Positions 37,127 through 48,861 of a stretch of 64,000 bases of DNA are shown here, piece by piece (position 1 is the stretch's first letter; each line of letters opens with the position of its first letter). Origin of the DNA: Azolla caroliniana (lineage: Eukaryota; Plantae; Polypodiophyta). Both the position numbers and the translations under genes were made by a program. The notes under the pieces are model-generated. The model was not told the origin of the DNA, did no database searches, and saw only the letters and a program-made list of their open reading frames with translations. Where the stretch lies: NCBI GenBank assembly GCA_043228905.1, contig JBHGNT010000014.1, positions 1,178,001 to 1,242,000 of the forward strand, written 5' to 3'.

Positions 37127-37744
37127 CTAATGCAACTACCATGAAGAAAACAAACAGAACCCAGAAACCAACATTAGATTCTTTATAGACTGGAATATTT
37201 GGTGATTGCATTAAATATGCTAATCCATTTTATAATTAATCATTAAACATAAAAAATACGCTAATAGGAATCCTTCCATTAAACCCACAAGCACAGAAAG
37301 CAAGGCATTTAAATAAACCCTACTAAGCCTCAAGTTTTAGCTCCAGAACAAGGATGGGTTTATATTGTCATCTACAAAATGTTTTGAAAACCCTAAAGAT
37401 TCGAAAACCTTAAGATATAAGAAATATTCACTAGGCATAATTGCACCTTGAAAAGGCATGAAAAAACAAAACCTAATAGGTTAATACTCTAGAATGGAAT
37501 TTTGAGCACAGAATAATTTACAGTGATGGAACTTTTTATTAAACCGACAATACCAGAAATGCAAGAATCAGGGGGCAAGCCCACATCTCTGACTACACAG
37601 ATAATCACACCAAAAGACCAAAAAACAAAAAATGACCATAATGGGTTCCCACAAAAAAGACTAACATACAAGGATTGCATCGATACAAGGATTTGAACAG
37701 GAAAAAAAAACAGTAAAAAGATAAAAGAAAGCAAGGAGATATAC
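37127..37744 (-). other. Probable 5'-UTR intron of the MADS gene
   Basis: Minus-strand donor ATAG|GTATAT at 37744, acceptor GCATTAG| at 37127, CT-rich leader at ~37780-37920. Confidence 0.55.
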
Positions 37745-38139
37745 CTATGAGCGTGCATGAGAGGATCTGCGGGATGGGTTTTCTCATAGAAGAGAAGAAG
37801 AACAAATGAAGGTATACAGGAACCGCCCCAAGACTGAAGAAGGAGAAGCAGAAGAGAGGAAGAATTGGAGAGAGAGAGAGAGAGAGAGATTGAATGGAGT
37901 GTTTCAGAGAAGAGGAGAGAATTTCTAAATAAGGAAAGATCGGAGGGAATGAGCTGCCAGGTGTGATCTTGACATATGACACGACAAATCAGGTTTTTAT
38001 AGACTCTCTCTCTCTCTCTCTCTCATGTTCGCCTCAGACACACACACACACACATAGAGGTGTGTCAAGCCAAGCTTTTTCGAGTTCTCTCGCACTCTCG
38101 CTCCCTCCCGACCGACCAGTGCAGTGCCTCGAGGCGGGT

Positions 38140-38850
38140 GTGTGTGGACATGCGTTCGAGCACACTCGGGGTGTATCGTGTCAGTCCTCATGCACATGCG
38201 GGTTTCAAGCACCCGACACATTCGCGTCGATAAGTATGTGAGTTCATACACCCTGTTGCGATTGTGTTAGGGGGGGTGAATGTGAGTTCAAGCACCTAAT
38301 GCAAATGTGTCATGGTGCCATGTGCCCAGCTTGGTGCATCATTGATGGCGTATGTGAATCACTGCGAGTTTAAGCACACGATGCAATGTGGCATGGTGCA
38401 TGTGCCCGACTTGTTGCGCCACAGGTGGTGTATGTGAATCACTGCGAGTTCAAGCACCCGATGTAATGTGTCGTGGTACATGTGCCCGACTTGTTGCGCC
38501 AGGGCCCAGGGGTGGTGTATGTGAATCGTTGCAAGTTCAAGCACCCGATGCGATATGCCGTGGTGCATCAAGGGTGGTGTATGTGAATCATGCACCTAAC
38601 GTAGCGTCTAATGGTGCACCCATGAGTATAGGCATCGAGAGCAATGGAAGATGGATATGAGTTTAGGCAGTTTAAAACGCAATTTGTGATGGTTTGTCTT
38701 AGCTTGTGCACCCAACGCAGTGTATGAGGGTGTTCGTTAGCTTAACGCCCCTACAACACCTAGAGCATTGTGTCATGGTGTATGTGGGTTAAGGTAAATA
38801 AAGTAGTGTCTCAATGGGTATGTGGGTTGAGGCACTTAGATCATTGACCT
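38140..38850. repeat. Degenerate minisatellite upstream of the MADS gene
   Basis: Recurrent GTGTATGTGAATCACTGCGAGTTCAAGCACCCGATG...CATGTGCCCGACTTG units of ~75-90 bp. Confidence 0.75.
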
Positions 38851-39109
38851 TTGCCAATATCACATTGGCCATGGATACATGAGTGAAATTTGGTTTTGTC
38901 AAATTTCAAGCATGATTTTTCCATTCACAACATGGTTTTCCTTTTCTTCTTTAGGGTATCAGGGTATATGTGATTAAGACAATTAGAGAGAAGGTGTTTG
39001 AATGGTGTATGTTGAGACCATGTCATGGTGGCAAATATATCTGTGATTTGAGGTACCTTTAAATGTCTCATATTGCTCTTTCATAAACATCTTACTCCCT
39101 TTTTGTTGT

Positions 39110-39631
39110 TGTTAGGAATATGTCCCTCCAGTGGGCGGAACCAACTGTTCAGAAGTAGCCGAGAACCCATAGCCGATCGTCGAAGAGTGGGCACAGAGAG
39201 TCAATTGTTTGAACGGATTATTATTATTATTATTATTATTATTATAGTAATCATAATAATCAATGATATGTAGCAGTGGCTACAATTGTAAATAACCCAT
39301 ACGATGTATCAGTAGATATGCATCTAGGGCAAACAGACGTGAAAGGGTAAGTTGTGTGTAAGAGAGAGAGAGAGAGAAGGAGAGAGAGCAGCACCATAGT
39401 TGTGTGCGTAACAGCAGACGCTAAGAACCATGTGTGGTTGATACACTCATAATCAGAGTGTTGTAATCTCTGTCCTTGACATCCACTGTATAGTGAAGTT
39501 TTTCCTCTCCCGTGGTTTTCTCCCGTTTTAGGGTTTCCACGTAAATATTTGTGTACTATGTCGTTGTGTGGTTATGTTGTGTATTTTTCAGTATTGTTTG
39601 ATATTGTGGTTTTACGAATCGATTCTCAATA
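39110..39631 (+). mobile_element. Solo LTR (522 bp), copia/Tork-like
   Basis: Starts TGTTAGG, ends CTCAATA (CA mutated to TA); 5-bp TSD GTTGT on both sides; U5 motif CCGTGGTTTTCTCCC...GGGTTTCCACGTAAA. Confidence 0.88.
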
Positions 39632-39704
39632 GTTGTGACTCATGGAGTCGTAGCATGGACCACCACAAATAGTCATATGCATTCCACACTTGCATCTTTA
39701 TTAT

Positions 39705-40060
39705 ATCATACTAATTATGAGCAAAAGAATAAGAGATTAACGAGAATAATAGATTAAGGGTGGTTAACCTAAAATACCATCGAATATTATCTTATGTTAT
39801 ACCTTGGATGTTGAATAGCGGATCCGAAGAAGAGAGCATAGCCTCTCCAATAGAGTCTCGAGAACATCCAAAGTTGTTGTAATGAAGGGGGTATCCAATT
39901 CCCTTTGTAAAGTTCAACATCTAAGGCTCCTCGATCACTATGCATTCCCACAAGTGGTAGGTTCACATGGTTTTGTCCCAAATCCTAGGATAATTGGTTT
40001 CTCGATTATCCTACCCTTAACCCATCAAAATTAGCTATACAATTGGTCCGTAAGAATATG
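39705..40060. repeat. Dispersed repeat; second copy at ~48897-49295
   Basis: Shared ATACTAAT(T/G)ATGAGCAAAAGAATAAGAGATTAA...TTGGATGTTGAATA...AAATCCTAGGATAA...AACCCAT segments. Confidence 0.75.
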
Positions 40061-40910
40061 CCTATACCATACTTCCCATTTCCAAAACATTGCATTCTTG
40101 CAATGAAAAATCAAATCAAGGAACTTACATTTAAAAAAGTTCCTTCTCCCAAGTGGCACCACATATAGTTTGATCCAACCATTTGTTTAGATTTCAAATT
40201 TTTAGTTCAAGAATTAAGAATGTTTTCTGGCAATTGAGGTTTAATCGTCATGAATTACCAAATATTTTATGGTTAACATATTATCGTTGAATCCCATAAG
40301 TTCTTTAAGCTTAGGTGACTAACATGTTAAATAGGATGAACATTACCAATGAACCCTTACAATCTAGGACTATGAAAGGTTCATAATAGGATGGAGCTAA
40401 TTTAGATCACTTACCCATACATAAAGTTTTGGAATTAGGAGGTACATCCAAGAAAACTTTTTTACCAAGGTTAAGAACACGAGTATGCACATTATTATCA
40501 ACATAAAAATGTGCTCTATCTTCAATAGCCTTAATATTATCTCATGCAATATACAACATTTCTAGCATATCCCTAAGTTATTGTGTGCTCTCTAATTCAT
40601 CTCAATGAAAATTAACATCTACTAGAGCTTGTGGGTGAAAATTATATATCAACATAAAAGGACTATATCCATTTGAAGTATGTTTAGAGTTGTTATAAGA
40701 AAAATCTAATAAGAGGAGGTATAATCCACTTCACAACTACTTATTGTTGCCCTCTAACGACTATGGTTGCCTTCTTCCAGTCGTTGCCGGTCATTACAAC
40801 CATTGTCATCGCCGCTAGCCTTTCAAGTGACATTGGTCGACGTCACCCAACACCCCCCCCCCCCCCCATTTTTTTTACAATTTCTAATAGTTCTCACCTC
40901 ATTCAGCAAC

Positions 40911-41282
40911 ATGTCTCAACAAGCGTCTTCAACTTCAATTATAGGTAAAACCTTCACCGAGAGAGGGGCTCTGATTAGTTTTATCAAGGACCATTTCCAT
41001 GCTCAGAATATCATCGTTGTATTGGATAAGCATAGTGACAACCGAAAAGTCACTTTCAAGTGCTACTATGGGGGGAAATATCGCAACCCTCTAGGCTTGA
41101 CTGACGATACTCGCAAAAGACAAACGGGGACTCGTCTAATGGACTGCCCATTCTTCGTTAGAGAAAACTTCTCAAAGAAAATGGGACAGTGGACTATTAA
41201 AAAGGCAGCTATTGTGCACAACCATCCTATTTCTGACAATCTTCGTGGTATATCAACGGCTCGTAAACTAACTAGAGACAGT
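40911..41282 (+). pseudogene. MULE/Mutator transposase N-terminal FAR1 (WRKY-GCM1 fold) zinc domain, truncated
   Basis: CYYGGKYRN...RKRQTGTRLMDCPF...W...HNHP; cut off by an LTR starting at 41283. Confidence 0.75.
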
Positions 41283-43430
41283 TGTGGCAAATAGCGCTTT
41301 CCTATATATATTGTCGTGTTGTGTATAATGTGGCAAGATTAATAAATAGTTAGTTGGGATAAAGACCAAGAATGATAAATATATAACTAAAATGCTATAA
41401 ATAGAGACGGTTACTAACTACATATTTTTAGTCATATTTTTAGTCATCCTGTGTATACTACATTGGTGGAGATGATAGGCTCTTGTCATGCCCACTCAAA
41501 GGGGTGTTCAGTATTCCAACCGACCTCCTTACATAGCACAACAAGCCACCTCTCCGCATTAGCAGTTGACAATCATCGTCCTGGCACCATCAATAGCAGA
41601 ACACTCTCTCACACACTATGCATCAACATGAAGGTGAAAGCCCCATGAAAGCATTGTTAGTATGCAACCTAAGTTCATCGAGCAGACACACATTAACACG
41701 TCCATGGAGTAGATGCTTCATGCAATGTCGATAATGATGATGCAAGTAAACCATATGAATCAAACACTCAAGATGTGGCTTACTAATCAGTCGACAAGCG
41801 CAATGACCGACAGATAGAAAGATTCAAGAATCCGTCCAAGATCCTTCTTGGGTCTCCCTACAGAAGATGTCTTAGCCTGGTTGGATCATTTTGACAACGT
41901 TGCGAGTTACCATGCATGACACGATGAAAGAAGGCTTGGAGTTGCGAATGGTGTTGGAGCACGTTGCCGCCACATGGTTCATTCAACAGCCTAAAGAAAT
42001 CAAACAAAATTGGACTTACTTACGCGAACAACTCATACAACACTTTGCAAACAATGACGTAACACAAACAACCCTACAACAGTTAAACAACCTACGAAAA
42101 TAAGCATATAGATCAATTGTACAATTTGTCGTCAAGATGAAACAGTTGTTACTGTGTATTGACCCCAAAATGAAGGAAACCATGAAGCTCTATTTTCTAT
42201 TCCCATGATCACGCCACGACATATACCGTTGTATCAAGGACCAAGGCCCAACTACATTCCAAATGGCCATTCAAATCACACAATGAATTGAGGCACTCGA
42301 TTACGTCGACCTATCACAATCAACATCACCTACAAATAACAATAATCATAAAAACGATAACTGAACCCACCGCTATCCTAATGGATATAGACATCCAGAA
42401 TGCACACTTCCAGCACTAAAAACAACTTACCAAATAGAAATAATCAAGGCAAGCATGTTGTTTCTATTGTAACAAGTACAACCATGTTAAAACGTAAGTT
42501 TGCAGCCTCCAAGCATCATTAGAATGCACAAATCCATTTGGTCGACTCTGCATGGAAACAACCATTGAGCGGTACGTTGACAAAAGAGCAACTCTTGCAC
42601 ATTCAAGCCGCAACCTCTTCCGGGTGCAGTGTATGTTCCATAGAAGCACAAATAAATAACACACCACATGAAACCCTCCTAGATTTAGGGAGCACAATAT
42701 CTTCAATTAGTGTAGATTTAGTTAGGTCACTGAACTTACCCACTTTGCCCACGGCACCACACACACAAATTCACTTAGAACAGCCACAAATATAACTAGC
42801 CACAATACGTTGTATCCTCTGGCACTTCCTCGACCTATTCTACAAGCCTGCAAAGACAACCAAGATCAATCTTCCGGTGCAACATGCTATTCACAGCCAA
42901 TTAAGCACCAATTCAAATGGCACCTTGACGACATTCACCATTAGATGACCATAAGATCAATCAAGCAGTGTGAACCGAACCGAACCGAACCGTTGAAACC
43001 ATTAAGCCGTTAAACCGCGGTTTCGTGGTTCGGTTCGATTCAAACCGAACCATTGCCGATTGTTAAAGGGAACACAATTTACATGGTCCACATCTTGCGC
43101 AAAACGTTCTAATCAAATCAAACAACTCATCAAGGATGCAACCTCATGGACCCTTTCCCAACTTTGATTCATGGCAACAAGTACATTTTGGTAATAACTG
43201 AATACCTCACCCACTAGCGTGCCATGGTTGCACGCGCCCAACTTTTGTCTTACCGAGGATCACAATTCCGCACCGAGATCATTCGCATACTAAGCCCCAC
43301 TTTGGGCATCACATAAATCTTCACATTGGCATACCATCCGCAAGCTAATGGGCTCACCGAACATGTAAATTATAGAACAATTAAGCAGGTCATCTTGGCA
43401 TATGTGGACCCAATGCACCAGTAATGGGAT
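41283..43430 (+). mobile_element. Decayed Ty3/gypsy element with a short LTR and tRNA-Ala PBS
   Basis: LTR TGTGGC...CTACA 41283-41462; PBS TGGTGGAGATG 41464-41474; gag remnant, protease-like LLDLGSTISSI, integrase remnant (GNKYILVITEYLT, AYHPQANGLTE); RT/RNase H missing. Confidence 0.78.
42971..43065 (-). mobile_element. One-ended fragment of the same hAT MITE family as 22432-23074
   Basis: Reverse complement of the MITE left end, terminating in ...CCATTGCCGATTGTTA. Confidence 0.88.
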
Positions 43431-43614
43431 CTCCAAATGTGCAACCAAATGTTGGTTGCATCTTCATATGAATCATCAACCACTCTTGCAACACGCAATC
43501 CACTCTTGCTAAATAAGTAAATAAAATTATTATTAATTAATTAATTAATTTAAATAATATCAATTTTTATAATTGACGAATGGGAATACCAAGCAAGAGG
43601 GTACTTAGTTATTT

Positions 43615-43990
43615 ACGACATGTTCATAAAAAAAAGGTCCTTTTGTAGCCAATCACTTAATAAGTGATATTGAAAATCTTAATGCGTAGAGAGAGAAAAA
43701 AGTTAGTAATAACTTGGTCATAAAAAAGGTATTTAGTTAGTTACGACATGTTCATAAAAAAAGGGTCCTTTTGTAGCCAATCACTTAAGTGATATTGAAT
43801 ATCTTAATGCGTAGAGAGAAAAAAAGTTAGTAATAACTTGGTCTGGTGCCTCTGCAATAGTCCACCTCATGATCAATCATACTATTGTTGTTCATGACGG
43901 GCAAGAACACTTACCAATCTATGTAATTTATCGTATGGTACCCAAATTTTTTAGGGATATGCTAAAAATGACAAAGGATCTCGTAGATGA
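43615..43990 (+). pseudogene. rps19: NUPT: plastid rps19, 5' part tandemly duplicated, internal deletion
   Basis: KKGPFVANHL (twice), [34 protein letters not shown]; stop overlaps the rpl22 ATG as in the plastid S10 operon. Confidence 0.88.
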
Positions 43991-44313
43991 TTAGGAAATC
44001 ACCTTCTATCGAGAATGAAAGAAGATCAAATGTAGAAGTGCAAGCTTCAGCAAAGAATATTCGTATGTCAGTTGCTAAAGTGTGGCTTGTCGCCGAGCAA
44101 ATCAAAGGTTGTTCATATGAAGAAGCACTTGTATCACCTGAGTTTATGCCTTACAAAGCGTGTTATATGATATCACAATTGGTTTTTTCCGCAGCAAGAA
44201 ACATTACTAGTAATATGGGATTCAAGATAACCAACCTATTCATTAGTGAAATCCGAGTAGATAATTCCACTTACCTCAAGAGGTTTCAACCCCGAGCTCA
44301 GAGTCGTGGTTAA
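43987..44313 (+). pseudogene. rpl22: NUPT: plastid rpl22, 3'-truncated
   Basis: AKNIRMS..K...VAEQIKGCSYEEAL..EFMPYKACY...SAA.N...NLFISEIRVD..YLKRFQPRAQSRG; directly downstream of rps19. Confidence 0.92.
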
Positions 44314-45293
44314 TAATAACACCTCTCTCCCTCGTTGATAAATACCTATAAATACACTACTCTAAACATTGATATACCTAGAGATATTCAAATTGCATGC
44401 CCACATAATCACAAATGCTTAATTACTTGTAATATGCTATCCTTGAAAAAGATCGATATTCACACCCACGCACATAAGCTAGCTACAATGTCAACTATGA
44501 GGCTCAACCATGGTTAAATGACATCAATTTCTTGTCACACATAATATTATGTAAAGAACAAAAAGTAAGAAATACTTCCCTTGTGTTTTACTATGCTTTT
44601 GGCCTTTTAAAATATTTGTGTATTTTGTAGTCAATTGCAAAAAATTACGAATAGATTTGTACAAAAAACTAACAAAACCAAGAATGGATGAAGTTCTCAG
44701 ACAATACAAGGAATAGGTGAGAATTTCATTTTCTCTATTTGAGAAAGATCAATTTGAACACCCTAGCTTATTATTGAATGCCCCAAGTAATATATATTTA
44801 GATAAATCACATTTTGGCATTTAGACATAGAAATGTTTGCCTTGCAATGTTTGGATGACAAATGAATGTGTCATCCAAAGACAGTTATAAATGAGAGCAT
44901 TATCTAAGAAAATGACCGAGTTGATCTCAAAAAGTGTCATTCATTTCTCGTTGAAAAGTGGCCGAAGCAGTAATCAAGCAATGGCATGACTAATAATTTA
45001 TAATGGCCAAGTGCACATGAAATGTAGGTTTAGGAATATCTTCCTCAACAATTATTATTTGATGGTAACTAGTTCAACGACCAATTTTGGTGCAATATTG
45101 AGCATTGTGCAAATCATTAATGCATGTCAATGGATAGGAATTTTTTATAGTCATTGTATTGAAATGATGATAACTAGCACATATTCACTATGCTCCTTTT
45201 TTCTTCACTAAGGTAATTAACAAGTCCTATTTGATGGTAGCTAGTTCAGATATCAATTTTGATGAAGTATCAAGCATTGTACAAACAATCAAT

Positions 45294-45876
45294 TGTGTAG
45301 GATCTATGTATCGATGGAGTTAACTCCTCGATGTCGTTTGCGGAGTTCGAACCGGCGTATACCCTTTTGATGGCGAATCGGGCGGAGATGGTTGTCAGAC
45401 ACCTTTGAGCCTCACACTCACTTAATGATTAATAGATGATTAAGCACGATATCTCTCTCACTCTCTCAAGCTCACTCTCATAAACAATAGGGTAATGAAT
45501 ATAGACAATAAGAGTAACGAATATGTTTATTAACCCTCTTTGCTAAGAGGTCTAGCACCAACAAGGAAGAGAGATTAGTGTTCTCTAACTAAACACTTCA
45601 CTAATCTCTCTTAAGCTTAAAGATTACAAGAAGGAGGAGAGGAAGCTCTAGCTCTTAATCAATAGGAAGATCTTTACAAATGGAAGAACCCTTACAAAGC
45701 CACCACAATGTGGTTTATATAGCATTTAAATCTAGGGTATTGACCTTTCGCACTTGGATGTCTCTTAGCCCTCTTTCCTCTTGCCATTCCCTCTTCATAG
45801 GTCCTTTAGCCATACTACGTCCTTGTTGGTGCGCTCTTCTTCATTACCGGTCGTGGTGCACTCCAAGCGCTTAACA
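45294..45876 (-). mobile_element. Solo LTR (583 bp)
   Basis: TG...CA termini with perfect 5-bp TSD TCAAT (45289-45293, 45877-45881); TATA-like CTATATAAA on the minus strand at ~45720; interrupts a ~170-bp tandem repeat. Confidence 0.85.
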
Positions 45877-48366
45877 TCAATCAAACCGTCAACATGTGGC
45901 AACCGCCAGGATTTTTTTATAGTCACTTTATTAAGATTGTGATAACTAACAAATATTCACCATGTTCGTTCTTTTTTCTGAACTAAGATAACTACCACAC
46001 CCAAGGATATTTACTATGACTAATGTTACCAATCCTTAAGTTGTGTCGTGACATCATCCTCTTCAAGTTGACTAAGTTGTTAAGGTGGAATGCTCATGGG
46101 AATAACATCTATATGAGAACATTGTATATAGGTGGTAATCCCAATGTCAATTCCTTAGTAAAAACATGCTTGAAATCATTTATGATTGAATCAAGTAATC
46201 TTTGTTCATGAAAGGTAATTGATTCACATCAACATTAAAATTAGAATATTGAATCGTTGCATCAATCACACAAAACACACATACACAATTAAAAAAGTGG
46301 AAGAGATAATATTTTGAAGGAACTTTTGTACATTGAATAAAGTGTGTAACATTATTTAATATAAAAGTGATTGTTTGGTAAATTCAATTGATCGATAAAA
46401 ATGAGTTTTTATTATAGCCCAATATTACATAAATGGACCTCAATTTCATCAACTAAAAAACAAGCTTTTGTACTTACGAAATTATGCAAAACATCAATTG
46501 ATGAATTGTATCCCTCCATTGGCTGAATGAAATATATAAGTGATCATCAATAAACTTTTGTGACATACCAAACAAGTAATGTACTGGAGATCCATCGATT
46601 TGTCAAATTACTCTTGAAGCAAATAATTTGGTCCTAGTAAATGTTTAAGAAAAGAATATGGACAACTACATACATATCATGGAAATGACCTTTATGGTCG
46701 GAAGTTTTTCTGTTTCTTCTTTTATAGTGTAGAACTTTTGGTTTTCTATTATGGTTACCAACAATTGTCTTTTGTATGCCCTTTTTTCTTACAATATGCA
46801 CAAGAATGGACAATGTGCTTCTTGTTTTGACTAGCATCATGAATGGGTTTGGAATGTTTCCTTGAATGATCCGGACTTAGTCTAATTGACTCGAGTTTAT
46901 TGTTATCCTTCTTTGAAGTGTGTATATATCAAAATGCAATCTCGACAACATCTTCAAATTTTTCAAGATCCTTATCATGCACTATCTAATGAAAGTCAAA
47001 ATTCGGAATGCCATTAAGGAAATAAATAATAAATAAATTTTCTCCCTCAAGTCTAGTTTTTTGAATTTGTGTGCATGCATGATTTGTGTTTTAGAGAGCG
47101 GAATGACTTACTAGATAAAGTCATCAGGTTTTGTGCTGCTTCAATTTGAGAAGATGGTTGTAGAAATTGTCATTTAAAGAGATCGATGAAATCATCACAT
47201 GTATTGGGTTGTTTCTTTGAGGTATGAAGACCACGCCACCAAGTGGCAATTTCCCACCTAGCTAACGAGTCTTGGTTATTTTTGTACTATCAAGCTTAGG
47301 GTTCTTTCTTTTCGCCATGAAATGGTTTTACCACAAATGAAAACTCACCATGTTGTTCATCCTTTATCTTGACATATGTTTGCATGTCAGCATTACAAGA
47401 ATCAAGAAAAACATGAGATTTTCGTAGTTTCGAAAACTTGAGTCTTGTAGTTGATGGAAATCATTTTCAGACAAGGCGGTACATGATATAGAATCTGGGG
47501 TCAACTTTGTTTGTGGAGGTCCTGCATATTCTTGTAACCCTTGTTCTTATTGTCAATACATTACCAATATCCTCTTTTGTCTCTTAGTTCTCTTTTTCAT
47601 TGTAATTACCTTAGTGGTAAGTTGTTATACTACAAGCACTACATCTTGGGTTCGAAACCCAAACTTTCTCAACTCTCTATTAGATACTTCATACATATCT
47701 TTTAATTCACGAGATGCCATTGTGGAAGCTATATGTATGTATATGTGCAAGATTTAAATAATATCATATTAAAAAGACTTTAAAAATATATATTGATGCA
47801 TATTTACGTATATTAATATGCATATTGATGTATATATTTTTCTAAAGTTTTTTTTAATAGTAATAAAATATATTTTTAAATCATGTAATACATTTTCAAT
47901 TTGTATATATAATATACATCAAATGTGAAATAACCTAGTCATATACGCTAGCTAGGTCTATAATAGATAAAGCAAACTAATAACCATGATATTAACACGC
48001 ACACATTCATGCATCTAAAAAAAACTTTTGTGCATCGCAACAATCAAATATATGCAAGAAATGTGTCTGCTTATGTGCATACATGTGTAATTAGTCATAT
48101 GATTATTAATTGATGATGATTAATTAAAAAGATTAATAAAAGACTAATTAATGATTGAAAATGATCTATTAATGATTTGATAAAAAAAATGAATCATGAT
48201 GATATCATTGATTAAATCAAAGATCATGATAAGTATGATCGATTAATATATAATGCTAATGAAATACTAAAAACCTTATAGTAATGATTGAATCGTAACA
48301 TTAATTCACAATTTTATTAAAAATACGATTGATAATTAGATTATCCCTTAAATAAAAAATCATATG

Positions 48367-48645
48367 TGTCAGGTCCGTAGCCAAAGACAAGTTTAAATGA
48401 AGAAGAGAATGAGAAGTAGAAAATAAGAGAGGAATGACAATGTATTAGCAATGAAAGCAATGCTTACAAGAGTATGTCGAAAACTAGTGTTGAACTGAAA
48501 TGGTTCATCAATACTTAGCTACATGTTTATATAGCATGTTTGGTTACATGCATGCTCGCCACCTCATAGGCACGCATGATCGCCACTTGGCATTCATGCA
48601 AGCATGACACTTGGTAATCATGTGTTAGCCTATGTGGTAGTGACA
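48367..48645 (-). mobile_element. Possible short LTR remnant
   Basis: TGTCA...TGACA termini and minus-strand CTATATAAA, but no matching TSD. Confidence 0.35.
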
Positions 48646-48830
48646 TTTCATAATATCATGTATATTTTGATCTAATCTAAGAATTTATAAATTAATATAT
48701 GTAATATGATGTATTTTAGTGGTTGAAGCTACACATTCACTTTGAGGAGGTTATGGGTTTGAGAAGAATACCTATTTTATGTTCCTATGTCGATCAACAA
48801 TCTTGTTAATCACTCCAAACAAACAACAAA

Positions 48831-48861
<31 letters not shown>

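Noticed and set aside
43987-44313. Functional nuclear transfer of rpl22
   Set aside because: No transit peptide, truncated C-terminus, unedited codons and an adjacent broken rps19 indicate a dead NUPT
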